From the NCBI GenBank assembly GCA_052327205.1, contig CM126225.1, forward strand, positions 11,532,001 to 11,596,000: a stretch of DNA of 64,000 nucleotides, written 5' to 3'. The translations under genes were made by a program, and so were the position numbers. The number at the start of each line of letters is the position of its first letter. Position 1 is the stretch's first letter. This document shows positions 46,705 to 60,433 of the stretch, piece after piece. The notes below the pieces were generated by a model, which was given only the letters and a program-made list of their open reading frames with translations, was not told the origin of the DNA and searched no databases. This DNA is from Somniosus microcephalus. Lineage: Eukaryota.

Positions 46705-48180
46705 CTAACGAAAGAGAGATAGAGAGTATGATGAAGCAGAAAAAGAGTGCGTATGACAGATGTCAGGTTGCAAATACATCTGAGAATCAGGCTATATATA
46801 GAAAGGTCAGAGGAGAAGTGAAAAAGAAAATAAGAGGGGCAAAGAGAGGGTATGAGACTTATATGGCGGCCAACATAAAAGGTAATCCAAAAGTCTTCTA
46901 TAGGCATATAAATAGTAAAAGGGTAGTAAGAGGAGTGGTGGGGCCGATTAGGGACCAAAAAGGAGACCTACGCATGGAGGCAGAGGGTGTGGCTGAGGTA
47001 CTAAATGAGTACTTTGCATCTGTCTTCACCAAGGAAGAGGATGCTGCCATAGACATAGTGAAGGAGGAGGTAGTGGAGACACTTGTTAGGATAAAAATTG
47101 ATAAAGCAGAGTTATTAGAAAGGCTGGCTGTACTTAAAGTAGATACAGGAAACTTTCGATTAACCGGCCCCTAAATAACCGGAACGCTCTATCCACCGGC
47201 AAAATTCAGGAGTCGGTTCAGATAACTTTTTTTACTTTTAGTTACTTTTTTTACTCCATTTGTTGCTGTGCAAGGGTGTAGCTGAAGCTATTGCTAAGCT
47301 ACAGAGACGCTTGCAACTTGTATCAATTGTTTACAGGGTTTGTTGCTTTAAACGGAGCTCTGAGCTCCGTATCTTTTACTATAGCGTTCGGTTATCCGGA
47401 ATTGTTGATGAACCGGCAACACGTCAGTCCCGTCCATGCCGGATACCAGAAAGTTTCCTGTAAATCACCAGGAGCAGATGGGATGCATCCTAGGATGCTG
47501 AGGGAATTGAGGGCAGAAATCGCGGAGGTACTGGCCATAATATTCCAATCCTCCATAGACATGGGAGTGGTGCCAGAGGACTGGAAAATTGCAAATGTTC
47601 AAAAAAAGGGTGTAAAGATAAACCCAGCAACTACAGGCCAGTCAGTTTAACCTCGGTAATGGGGAGGCTTTTAGAAACAGTAATCAGGAACAAAATTAAC
47701 AGTCACTTGGATACATGTGGATTAATTAAGGAAAACCAGCCTGGATTTGTTAAAGGCAGATCGTGTTTAAACAACTTGATCGAGTTTTTTGATGAGGTAA
47801 CAGAGAGGGCTGATGAGGGTAATGCAGTTGATGTGGTGTACATGGATTTCTAAAAGGCGTTCGACAAAGTGCCACGTAATAGGCTCGCCAACAAAGTTGA
47901 AGCCCATGGAATAAAAGGGACAGTGGCAGCATGGATACGAAATTGGCTAAGTGACAGGAAACAGAGAGTCGTGGTGAACGGTTGTTTTTCGGACTGGAGG
48001 AAGGTATACAGTGATGTTCCCCAGGGGTCTGTTCTAGGACCACTGCTTTTCTTGATATATATTAATATTAATGACTTGGACATGGGTGTACAGGGCAAAA
48101 TTTCAAAATTTGCAGATGACACAAAACTTGGAAGTATAGTGAACAGTGAGGAGGAGAGCGATTGACTTCAGGAAGACCTA
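46705..48180 (+). mobile_element. CR1 LINE internal ORF2 fragment (disrupted)
   Basis: NPKVFYRHINSK, KSPGADGMHPRML, VVYMDF*KAFDKVP, PQGSVLGP and FADDTKL. Confidence 0.92.
47146..47460. mobile_element. Tc1/mariner (Tigger/pogo-like) MITE
   Basis: TIR CAGGAAACTTTC / GAAAGTTTCCTG; TA TSD; splits CR1 codons ...KVD|KSPG. Confidence 0.88.
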
Positions 48181-49777
48181 ACAGCGGGAATCTGACGGGA
48201 TTGGATCGATCGCTCGTTTTATGCCCTGCCCGATTTTTACTTTCTATTAAAGTCAAAGGCTTCCACGTCTTCTCCATTGTGACTTCTTGGTGGGGGGGGG
48301 GGGTTAATCTTCTCTGGGAGGTTACTGACTGCATTAAAATAGCATTAAGAAGAAATGTGTCCATATGGGTTGATCAGTATGTTACCTGGATAAATGGGAC
48401 CCGATCAAACTCCTGAAAATTGGATGTGAAATTCTTTGCTTTAAAATGTTCGAGCTAGTGATGGCCACCAAATGTTATACACGAGTTGATTTCAGTTTAC
48501 TTTGGTAATCTCTGGCATTAATGCTAAGCTGTAACTGCATAACTAACCATACAATTATACGTTTAATTCCTTTGTTTTAAAAATATAATGATGGCTCCCT
48601 ACTTATAAATGCAGAATTTTTTCATTACAATTTAAATGGAACTTCAGCAATTTCTTTTTCATTACTTCTTAATTGTAACTCCATGACTTAACAATACAAT
48701 TGCATGTTAATCGCTTTATAATTGCATTTATTAATCGTGAAACTTGCAATGAATTATTACCAAAGCTGATGGAATGTTTGAATAATAAGCAATCGTTAAA
48801 TATGAAATTGTGCTCAAAATTGACTCCAGGACCCGTGGAAACCTTCCATTAGATAAGGCTGGACTACTGACTCCCCTGGCTAGAGGTGCTCGCTGAATAT
48901 TTCCATATTCAGCACTTCATTGATCCTGCCTGTCCTTTGTTTATTTCATACAGCGTAATTCATTTTTTAAAATATTAAACGAAACTGAATAACTTTTGCG
49001 AAGAAAAAAGGAAAAAAAAAGCGCTCAAAAAAAAACCTGCAATTTTTTTGCAGAAAAAACAAAAGGCACAGCTGGGGTGGGAATTGAGGTAAGAAATTAA
49101 TTTTCATCCGAGAAATAGAAAAATCTTGTTACTTGACCTGAAACGATCTTATTTTACAAGATTGGGGAAGTAATTAATGAAGCAATCAAGCTGTCGCTGA
49201 TACCGACTCTAAAAATAGAAGGAACAATGTCCTAGCTTTGGGTTTAATGCCTCTTGTTACTGGGATATATTTTGCAAAGACCAGCGCAGGGAGAATAAGC
49301 AATGCTTGTGACCCTGAAACAACCTTGAGTTTAAATCGCTCATCATAACATATGAGGGAAGTGACAAGTATGCCGTTATTAATACCTCCTCCGTCTTGAT
49401 GAACTGATAATTCTGCATCTCAAGGCAATTAATTTTCTGTAATTATATAGTCTGAATAGCTAATGCAGTGTCTGAGGTGGTACAGGTTTGTGATTCTGAT
49501 AGAACCTGACTGATCCCACAATACAGGAACTGGGTTGTATTCAAGTGCTGTGTAATCAACACATATTATAAATGATCACCGTGAAAAGATTTACTCCTTG
49601 ACACAGCTATTTACCCAAACAGATAATTAAATCTTGTTTTGCCAATGAGCATCAGTTTAAAAAGGGTGTTAATTCACTCACCTTATGTCAAAGCCACAAA
49701 TCCCCCAGCACTTTCTTGCTCAAGGGCCATTCTCAGGAATGCTCGATACTCTGTGATGAGGAGTGATGAAATTTCCC

Positions 49778-52420
49778 TACATAGAATCATAGAATGGTTA
49801 CAGCACAGAAGGAGACCATTCGGCCCATCGAGCCCGTGCCAGCTCTCTGCAAGAGCACTTCAGCTAGTCCCACTCCCCCGCCCTTTCCCCGCAGCCCTGC
49901 ACATTTATTTCCTTCAGGTACTTATCCAACTCCCTTTTGAAAGCCATGATTGAGTCTGCCTCCGCCACCCTTTCAGGCAGAACATTCCAGATCTTACCCA
50001 CTCGCTGCGTAAAAATATTTCCTCATGTCACCTTTGGTTCCTCTGCCAATCACCTTAAATCTGTGTCCTCTGGTTCTCGACCCTTCCGTCAATGGAAACA
50101 GTTTCTCTCTATTTGCTCCGTCTGAGCCCCTCATGATTTTGAACACCTCTGTCAAATCTCCTCTCAACCTTCTCTGCTGTAACGAGAACAACCTTAGCTT
50201 CTCCAGTCTATCCACGTAACTGAAGACCCTTTTCCCTGGAAACATTCTTTAAATCTTTTCTGCACCCTCTCTAAGGCCTTCATAGCCTTCCTAAAAGTGC
50301 GGTGCCCAGAATTGGACACAATACTCCAGTTGAAACCGAAACAGTGTTTTATAAAGATTCATCATAATTTCCTTGCTTTTGTACTCTATGCCTCTATTTA
50401 TGAAGCCCAGGATCCCGAATGCTTTTTTAACCGCTTTCTCAACCTGCCCTGCCACCTTCAACGTATACCCCCAGGTCTCTCTGTTTGTGCACCCACTTTA
50501 GAGTTGTACCCTTTAGTTTCTATTGCCTCTCCTCATTCTTCCTACCAAAATGCATCATTTCACACTTTTTTGCGTTAAATTTCATCTGTCACGTGTCCAC
50601 CCATTCCACCAGCCTGTCTATGTCTTCCTGAAGTCTATCACTATCCTCCTCACTGTTCACTATACTTCCAAGTTTTGTGTCATCTGCAAATTTTGAAATT
50701 GTGCCCTGTACACCCACGTCCAAGTCATTAATATACATCAAGAAAAGCAGTGGTCCTAGAACCGACCCCTGGGGAACACCACTGTATACCTTCCTCCAGT
50801 CCGATAAACAACCGTTCACCACTACTCTCTGTTTCCTGTCACTTAGCCAATTTCGCATCCATGCTGCCACTGTCCCTTTTATTCCATGGGCTTCAACTTT
50901 TCTGGCAAGCCTATTATGTGGCACTTTATCAAACACCTTTTGGAAGTCCATGTACACCACATCAACTGCATTACATAAGAACACAAGAACATAAGAAGTA
51001 GGAGCAGGAGTAGGCCATACGGCCCCTCGGGCCTGCTCCGCCATTCAATAGGATCATGGCTGATCCGAATCTAGACTCACGTCCACTTCCCTGCCCTCTC
51101 CCCGTAACCCCTAATTCCCTTATCTGCTAGGAAACTGTCTATCTCCATTTTAAATTTATTTAATGTTGCAGCTTCCGCAGCTCTCTGGGGTAGCAAATTC
51201 CATAGATTTACTACCCTCTGAGTGAAGAAGTTTCTCCTCATCTCAGTTTTGAAAGGGCAGCCCCTTATTCTTAGATTATGCCCCCTAGTTCTAGTCTCAC
51301 CCATCAGTGGAAACATCCTCACCGCATCCACCCAATCAAGCCCCCTCACAATCTTATATGTTTCGATAAGATCGCCTCTCATTCTTCTGAACTCCAATGA
51401 GTAGAGTCCCAACCTACTCAACCTTTCCTCATACGTTACCTTCATCAATCCTCTCTGTTACCTCATCAATAAACTCAATCAAGTTAGTTAAACACGATTT
51501 GCCTTTAACAAATCCGTGCTGGTTTTCCTTAATTAATTCACACTTGTCAAAGTGATTGTTAATTTTGTCCTGGATTATCGTTTCTAAAAACCTCCCCACT
51601 GCCGAGGTTAAATTGACTTGCCTGTAGTTGCTGGGTTTATCCTTACACCCTTTTTTGAATAAGGGTGTAACATTTGTGATTCTTCAGTCCTCTGGCACCC
51701 CCATATCTAAGGAGGATTGGAAGATTGTGGCCAGTACCTCTGCAATTTCCACCTTTACTTCCCTCAGCATCCATGGATGCATCCCATCTGGTCCTGGTGA
51801 CTTAACTACTTTAAGTACAGCCAGCCTTTCTAGTACCTTCTCTTTATCAATTTTTATCCCATCAAGTGTCTCAACTACCTTCTCTTTTACTATGTCTATG
51901 GCAGCATCTTCTTCCTTGGTAAAGACAGATGTAAAGTACTCAGTTAGTACCTCAGCCTTGCCTTCTGCCTCCATAGGTAGGTCTCCTTTTCGGTCCCTAA
52001 TCGGCCCCACCCCTCCTGTTACTGCCTGTTTACTATTTATATACCTGTAGAAAACTTTTGGATTCCCTTTTATGTTAGCTGCCAATTTATTCTCAGACTC
52101 TCTCTTTGCCCCTCTTATTTCCTTTTTCACTTCCCCTCTGAACTTTCTATATGCAGCCTGGTTCTCACTTGTATTCTCAAACTGACATCTGTTATACACC
52201 CCCTTTTTCTGCTTCATCTTACTCTCTATCTCTTTCATCATCCAGGGAGCTCTGACTTTGGTGGCCCTACCTTTCCCCCTTGTGGGAATATACCTCAACT
52301 GTACCCGAACCATCTTCTCCTTAAAGGCAGTTTTGCCTGCCAATCTTTGATTCCAATTTACCCGGGCCAGATCCATTCTCAACCCACTGAAATTGGCCTT
52401 CCTCCAATTAAGAATTGATT
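49778..52420 (-). mobile_element. CR1 LINE, 5'-truncated, with another CR1 3' fragment nested at about 50975-51447
   Basis: ORFs 51684..52424, 50589..51044 and 49994..50245 are consecutive ORF2 parts. Confidence 0.9.
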
Positions 52421-52424
52421 TCAA

Positions 52425-53300
52425 GCGTACGGGATCCTGGGCTTTATAAATAGAGGCATAAAGTACAAAAGCCAGGAAGTTATGCTAAACTTATGAAACA
52501 CTAGTTTGGCCCCAGCTGGAGTGTTGTGTCCAATTATGGAAGGACATGAAGGCTTTGGTGAGGGTACAGAAGCGATTTACCAGCATGGTTCTAGGGATGA
52601 GGGATTACAGTGACGTGGATAGACTGGAGAAGCTGGGCTTGTTCTCCTTAGAGGAGATTTCATAGAGGTGTTTAAAATCATGAAGGATTTAGATAGAGTG
52701 AATAAGGAGAAACTGTTTCCAATGGCTGAAGGGTCGATAACCAGAGGTCACAGATTTAAGGTGATTGGCAAAAGAACCAGGGGCGACATGAGGAAAAATC
52801 TTTTTACGTAACGAGTGGTTAGGATTTGAAATGCACTGCCTGAAAGGAAATCTAGAGACTTGCACACAGTTTTGGTCTCCCCACATAGTGGATGATATAG
52901 TGGTCTTGGAAAAGGTCCAGAGGAGGGCTACAAGGACGATTCTTATCTTAAAGAACCTCAGCTACTCAGATAGGTTGAAGGACGTTGGTCTATTTACCTT
53001 AGAGCAGCATAGACTTGGAGGCGACCTGATAGAGGTCTATATAACAATTAAAGGGCTGGATAGCGTCCCTATTGATAGTTTATTCTAGTTTAACAGATTG
53101 GGAAGGACTAGGGGACATGAGTTAAAATTATTTAAAAGTAGGAATAGACTGGTTATTAGGTGGTTCTTCTTTTCCCAGAGAGTAGTGAGCCTCTGAAATA
53201 CATTGCCGACTGATGCGTTGGGTGCTGACTCTCTGCCTTCAAGAGGGAGCTGGGCCTGTTCCTGACTGGGGCAGAGATCACATCATATAGAAGGTAGGCT
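52425..53300 (+). mobile_element. Two adjacent degraded CR1 3' fragments
   Basis: CR1 C-terminal motifs (QFWSPH, VQRRATR, GDLIEVY, TRGH). Confidence 0.75.
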
Positions 53301-54606
53301 AGTAGACCTTGGATTGTACTGTGAGTGCCATGGATTCTTAACCGAGGGCTAGTGGAGAAAGATTGGAGGGAGTCTTTAAGATGGCATCTGAGACATTTAT
53401 TTCATTTTAAATTAATCTCAATAAGGTCTACTTACATCCAGAACTAAGAACTTAAAAAGTTCCTCCAGCAACCCCCAACTCCTTTAAAGGTACTAAAAAA
53501 ACGTTCAACTTTTGTGTGTGTAATATTGTTTAAAGTTCACTGAAAGAAAATAAGATTATCTGTCTGCCCTTTGTTGCTTTGTGATTTTCCCCCTACCCCT
53601 TTGTTAATTTCCTTGCCCTTCTCAGTACCAAGCACCACTTTCTGAATGACAGTGAATGAGCAGCCTACCAGTCACCAGCCGTGTACCCAATGCTGTTTGG
53701 GAATTGCACAAGAGTTTAAAAGAGGCCAAGGCCCTGATCTCAACAAGAGGGAGGAACTTTCTCATTGATTTGACTGGCCCGCTGTAGCATTGTTGGGATC
53801 TGTGAGGGCAACTCTACACTTCTTCATGCACAGCCCGACAACTTGACTTGGGGGAAGATTGGCGAAACAGCAACATAGGCCTCAATGCAAGATAAAAGTC
53901 TTCATTACAGCTTCATGGAGGGTAAGCAAGAGTTAAAAAAAAGGAACTACCTGACGATTGGTTTTTTTCTCTCTTTCTGCAGACCAGCGTTTCAATGACA
54001 TTATCCCTATTCCCACTGGTCTTATAAATGAATATTGTCTCATTGTTCATGAACCGTGCTGCCTTCTGACAGTTTGTATTAAATGTGCCCCTGTTCAATC
54101 TCTCTTTGTTTCAGTCTTGGGAAATAGAATCTCTCTCACTGCTTCATCATTGCTGCAATAGAGTCTTGCTAGCTTGTTCCCTGAAAACAGGCTTGTCTAT
54201 TACCCGACTGAACAGCACCAATTTCTGAAAAGATTTTTAAAAGAAACATCTTTTTTTAACATAAGGTACAGGGAACAAAATTACCTGGCTCAACAACTGC
54301 AAATTGAAATATTTGCCCCCCGGACTTTTTATGTTTCAAGTTTGTCAAAGTCACGGATTCTCTTGGAAGATTTAATTCTGTGTAATACATCCCAGTTGCC
54401 TAGTAGTTATAGAACTGGATTCTCAACTGGAAAATCGTGGATCTGAAACATCTGTCTGAGAGTTGTTTCCCCATCAAAACACCTAATGCAGTAGAGATGA
54501 GTTTTATTAATTCATGCCTGGATCACTGGGAGAATGTTAATAAAATATCCTCATGCTCTGTCACTAAATCCACTGGTTTGCGGCTTCCACAGAAAAATCG
54601 GTGTGT

Positions 54607-54800
54607 TTATTGACCTACATTGGCTCCCGGTCCGGCAACGCCTCGATTTCAAAATTCTCATCCTTGTTTTCAAAGCCCTCCATGGTCTCGCCCCTCCCTA
54701 TCTCTGTAACCTCCTCCAGATCTACAGTCCAACGAGATCTCTGCGTTCCTCCAATTCTGGCCTCTTGCGCATCCCCAATTTTAATCGCTCCACCATCTTA
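54607..54800 (+). mobile_element. L2 fragment
   Basis: DLHWLPVRQRLDFKILILVFKALHGLAPPYL. Confidence 0.85.
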
Positions 54801-55199
54801 TTTCTGTAAGTCTGCTTTTGTCTCCATCTCCTCTCTTTTATCTGGGTGACTTCCACTATCTCTGTACGCCTCTCACACATGTTTCTTTACTCGTTTTCTG
54901 AATTTTCATCTTTCACCAATTTGAAGGCCAGGGCACATAGCATGGTGGTAATCGATATGTACTGGGTCAGAGGTAGGTGCAGGGGATGGGCAGAGAAAGA
55001 CTTCCAGGACCTGGTGCAACACATGAATGAGAATGAAGCTGAGCAGCAGGGTGTGAGAGCCTGGGTTGGATGAAAGTAGGGGTCCAGGTTCTGACCCGCA
55101 GTGTACCTCTACCCTATGTCGATGTCAAAATGGATCAGAAGCCATGAATATGCTGCCTGCATGGTCACTTAGTGCCATCAGTGATTACCTGTACTCTCT

Positions 55200-56035
55200 G
55201 GGGGTGATTTTCATTCAGAAGTCGGGAAGGAGGCGGGACTACAACTTTCGGGGTTGTAGTCCCGCCTCCTTCGAGATGCAGCCAATCCACACGATTTTAA
55301 CTTGATTGACCTTGTTGAGCCCACCCAGCGGGTTCAGCAGGCCAATTAAGGGCCACCCGGCAACAGGTGAGGTCACAGACTGAAATTTGATCTGATGTTT
55401 TGACAGATGAAATAGCAGTATTTCACAGCTGTTTGAAGCTGTCAAACACTGACTCTTACTTCTAACCTGAGTCCTTCTACACAAACTCAGTTAGAAATCT
55501 CACCGGCACAGAAAGCTGCAGGCTGTCACTTTTGACAGTTTGCAGCCATTCTGCTTTCTGTGCCGGTTAGATGATGGACTCCCGAAACCTAGAGGAAGGA
55601 AGGCTGAAAAGGTAAGTACAAGTAATTTAAACTTCTTTACACACTTTAGACACACCAAACACACTTACTTTTGCACTCATGCACCCATCACTCACCTGAT
55701 CACCGACATCTCGACCCCTCCAAGTCCTTCAACCCGACGGCCCGACTCCTCTAACTTGGCGTGGTTTGGAGCTGTCGGGAATCCCACAATTCAAGCTTTA
55801 AAATAGGGATTAGGCTAAAAACTGCCTGTTAACTACCTGTTAACAGGCAGTTAATTGTCACTAATCCCTTCCCGCCTCGGGTAGGCGGGTCCCAGTGCGG
55901 GGCGGGTACCCGCCTCCTTTGAAACTTACATGGGGGCGGGCTGGGGGTGGGATGGTGTCGGGACCACCGAATTCGGGACTTTAACCCCCCGCACGCCTCC
56001 AATCCCGACTCCACGGGTCAATGAAAATCGACCCC
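55200..56035. mobile_element. Non-autonomous DNA transposon (Harbinger-like G-rich TIR)
   Basis: GGGGGTGATTTTCATT / AATGAAAATCGACCCC; inverted homologue of 59649-60433. Confidence 0.8.
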
Positions 56036-56419
56036 TTTAAATCCAGCAATGCCTAATTGGACAACCAATCTCCTGCTGCTATTCAATGGGAAAGAAGATG
56101 AAAGGGCTGTCCCTGTTCCTATGTGAAATGAGTTTGGGAAGTTTGGGAAGCCTCTGCCTAATCTGGTGCTATTTACCACTGCATCGCAATTTTAGTCAAA
56201 TATATCTGGTGATGAAAATGGGAATGACACACAGTTCGAGGAGAGGGTGCTTTACTTACATTGGGTTTTAGCCTCTTTGTTGGGGTCAAGTAAAGGGCAT
56301 CTAAAGAAAGAAAGACTTGCATTTATAAAGGACCTTTAATGACCTCAGGATGTCCCAAAGCGCTTTGCAGCCAATGAAGTACTTTTGAAGTGTAGTCACT
56401 GTTATAATGTAAGAAACTG

Positions 56420-56915
56420 TGCACAGTTATGGTGCAAAAAAGGTCTACAAGGATGGTACCAGAACTGAGAGATTACAGCTATCGGGAATGATTGAACAGG
56501 TTGGGCCTTTTTTCTTTAGAAAAGAGAAGACTTAGAGGTGATCTGATAGAGGTCTTTAACATTATGAACGGGTTGGACAGTGTAGATGTGGAGAGAATTT
56601 TTCCACTTGTGGGAGAATCCAAAACTAGGGGCCAAAAATACAAGATAGTTACTAATACATCCAGTAGGGAAATAAGGAGAAATTTCTTTACTCAGAGAGT
56701 GGTTAGAATGTGGACCTCGCTCCCACAGGAAGTGGTGGAGAAAAATAGCTTAGATGCTTTCAGAAGGAAACTAGACAAGTACACGAGAGAAAAGGGAATA
56801 GAAAGATATGCTGAAAGGCTGAGATGAGGTAGATGGAATGGGGGGAGTATAAACACCAGCACAGATTAGTTGGGTTGAATGGCCTGTTTCTGTGCTCTAT
56901 AGCCTATGTAAATCT
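56420..56915 (+). mobile_element. CR1 3' fragment (preceded by a DeuSINE tail on -, about 56305-56420)
   Basis: LGLFSLEKRRLRGDLIEVF...FFTQRVVRMW. Confidence 0.88.
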
Positions 56916-58384
56916 GTATGAAAACCATACATACCTTATCTGGGAGCGCTAATGCTGGTCTTGAGCCTGGAATCAGTAAGGTTCCATTTCCCAGGACTAA
57001 CATCCCTCAGAAAGACATATTTCTGGAGCATATTTGCTGTTTTGTTAAAAGCACCAATCAGTGGAAATATTCTCCACTTGTTTATGATGTTGGTACACAT
57101 CACGACAGAAGGAATCAACCAACTGCTGAGCACTAAAATGCATCAAAATAATGAATGGTTTCAGACCATGTAGTTAGGAGGGAGTTAAAGGCTGCAATAC
57201 TGTCTTGGAATTCAAATGAGTCCTCCAAACTACTCAAGCTTTGCAGAAATGGTTTACAAGGATAATCTAAAGCAGTTACACCCTCGTAACTCCCTGCCAG
57301 CTATCGTATGTGTGTATTTTTTTTGGTATACGTTGTCTTTCAAGGAATTTACTGAGCTTTGCGATTGTTGTCATACATCATGTAACATAATATCCACCCA
57401 TTGGAAGGAAAATCAAAGGTCACTTTTAAACCACATAAATTCCCCAGCAATACATCAAAACCTCTGCACATAAAACACTGTGCCTGTGGGTCCAGGGTGT
57501 CAGGCAATGGTGCATTCATGCATTTCAAAATCTGTTCATCATCACAGGAAAGATTGATCGTTATGGTTAAGGAAGGAAGTCAAGAAGCTCCTGCTTTTTC
57601 TTTCTTAACCCTCAATATTACTGTGTAAAGTTACAATCTCCCATCACTTGCCTACTAACTAATCCTTCTCTCGTCCCTACCCTCCAACCTCTCTCTCCAT
57701 GGAAACCTTTGATGTCTTTCTCTCTATTACTCAATATTACTATGATTCACTCAATGACTCATCACATTGTCCCTGACCCAGGACCTCAGAACTATGGGCT
57801 TCCTCAAGCTTCCTTTCCTGTTACAACCTACAGTGCTTGAATACCCAAAATTGACATCACCTGACCACTCCAGTACTTCTTGACTTATAAGGGTCAATTT
57901 TAATTGAGGATGAGTTTGGAGCAAGCAGTGGTGCAAGGCGGAAGGGAACCCCCCCCCCCCGCCCGCCTCCACTGGGAGTTCAGTGAGGCCCGGGCTATTT
58001 TAACTGCCAGGCCTTATTATATAAAGCAAGATGGCCTCCCGCCTGAAACTAGCGGGAGTGACATCAAGGCTGGCGGGCTGGAGCAAAGATCTGGTGGGAG
58101 ACCGGGGACCCAGGGGAATGGTCCCCCACGTAAAGTTAGCGCTGGGAAGTGGGGTGGGGGGAGGGTTGGGAGTTGGCAGCCTATATCAGGATTGCGACTG
58201 AGAGGCAAGGCTGAAGGAGCCCTGGTCCACAGGGTTTCAGAGAATACATAATTTTCTAAACTTACCTTGGCCTCTCTGACTCTCACCATGGTTCAGCCCC
58301 ATGCAGGTCTCTTGGGGAAACCAGAAGATAAAATATCATTGTGGTGCTGATGATGACATCAGGCTGCAAATTTCCAAAGTAAAA

Positions 58385-59303
58385 TGTTTTTTTTTTATTC
58401 GTTCATGGGATGTAGGCGTCGCTGGCATGGCCAGCATTTATTGCCCATCCCTAATTGCCCTTGAGAAGGTGGTGGTGAGCCACCTTCTTGAACCTCTGCA
58501 GTCCGTGTGGTGAAGGTACACCTACAGTGCTGCTAGGGAGAGAGTTCCAGGATTTTGACCCAGCGACAATGAAGGAACGGCGATATATTTCCAAGTCAGG
58601 ATGGTTTATAACTTGATGGGGAACTTGCACTTGATGGTGTTACTGTGCGCCTGCTGCCCTTGTCCTTCTAGGTGGTAGAGGTCGTGGGTTTGGGAGGTGC
58701 TGTCGAAAAAGTCTTGGCGAGTTGCTGCAGTGCATCTTGTAGATGGTACACACTGCAGCCACAGTGCGCCAGGAGTGGAGGGAGTCAATGTTTAAGGTGG
58801 TTGATAGGGTGCTTTGTCATGGACGGTGTCGAGCTTCTTGAGTGCTGTTGGAGCTGCACTCATCCAGGAAAGTGAAGATTATTCCATCACACTCCTGACT
58901 TGTGCCTTGTAGATGGTGGAAAGGCTTTAGGGAGTCAGGAGGTGAGACACTCGCCACAGAATACCCAGCTTCTGACCTGCTCTTGTAGCCATAGCTGGTC
59001 CAGTTAAGTTTTTGGTCAATGGTGACCCCCAGGATGTTGATGGTGGGGTATTCGGCGATGGTAATGCCGTTGAATGTCAAGGGGCGGTGGTTAGACTCTC
59101 ACTTGTTGGAGATAGTCATTGCCTGGCACTTGTGTGGCGCGAATGTTACCTGCCACTTATCAGCCTAAGCCTGAATGTCATCCAGGTCTTGCTGCATGCG
59201 GGCATGGACTGCTTCATTATCTGGGAAGTTGCGAATGGAACTGAACACTGTGCAGTCATCAGCGAACACCCTCACTTCTGACCTTATGATGGAGGGAAGG
59301 TCC
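58385..59303 (-). mobile_element. CR1-superfamily LINE, second family, RT C-terminus and tail
   Basis: FADDCTVF near 59260, INILGVTIDQKLNW, and the same 3' end as 6735. Confidence 0.85.
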
Positions 59304-59648
59304 CTGCCTGTTGGGAAGGGTGGCCATTCCATGCCTGTTCTCAGGTAAGTGAAGATGGTGGGTGGGAGCTGTATTGCATCGAGAATGCTGTGTGAGTCCC
59401 TCCATCATCTTAACTCCCGCCCACACCATTCTCAATGGGCAGGGAGGTTAAAAAGGGCCCAATATTGCTTTTACTTTTTTTCAACTTTGGTTGTGTCCTG
59501 TACTTTGGCTCTTCACCTAATACTCACAATTAAACAACGTTTCAACCGCTCAACCCTGATTCTGAAGTCTCCTTCTGATCTCTGTGTAGAAAGAAGAATA
59601 TAATGAATCGGGTGTGTAGCCTTATTGCAGTTAACTTCCTGAGTCCAT

Positions 59649-60433
59649 GGGCAGGATTTTCATTGAGCCGTGGAGGAGGGATTGGGGGCGTGTGGGGGGT
59701 TAAAATCCTGAAATCGGGGGGGGGGTACCCGCCCCGCACTGGGACCCGCCTCCCCGAGGCGGGAAGGGGATTACTGCCAATTAACTGCCTGTTAAACAGG
59801 TAGTTAACAGGCAGTTTTTAGCTTAATCCCTATTTTCAATGGTGAGGTGAGGGATTCCTGACGGCTCCAAACCACGCCAAGTTAGCGAGCCGGGCCGTCG
59901 GGCTGAAGGGCTTGGGGGGGTCGAGATGTCTGTTGTTCAGGTGAGTGATGGGTGCATGAGTGCAGAGGTAAGTGTGTTTGGTGTGTGTAAAGTGTTTAAA
60001 GAAGTTTTACTTACCTTTACAGCCTTCCTTCCTTCAGGTCTCGGGAGTCCCTCATCTCACCGGCACAGAAAGCAAAATGGCCGCGATCTGTCAAAAGTTG
60101 CAGCATTCAGCTTTCTGTTCCGGGGAGATCTCTAAATCATCCTGAGAGGAAGGAATTAACTTAGAGTACAGATTGTCAGTGTTTGACAGCTTCAAAGAGC
60201 TGTCAAACGCTAATATTTCATCTGTCAAAAGGTCTTGACAGATGAAATGTCAATCTGTGATGTCACCTGTTGCCGGGTGGCCCTTAATTGGCCTGCTGAG
60301 CCCGCTGGGCAGGATCAGCAAAGTCAATCAAGTTGAAATCGCGTGGGTTGGCTGCAACTCTATGGAGGCGGGACTACAACCCTGAAAGTTGTAGTCCCGC
60401 CTCCTACCCACCTCCTCAATGAAAATCCAGCCT
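59649..60433. mobile_element. Non-autonomous DNA transposon (same family as 55200-56035)
   Basis: GGGCAGGATTTTCATTGAG / CTCAATGAAAATCCAGCCT; flanks CAT / CTT. Confidence 0.8.

Noticed and set aside
56100-56200. LF-SINE-like motif CCTATGTGAAATGAGTT
   Set aside because: Too short and degraded to call from memory alone.
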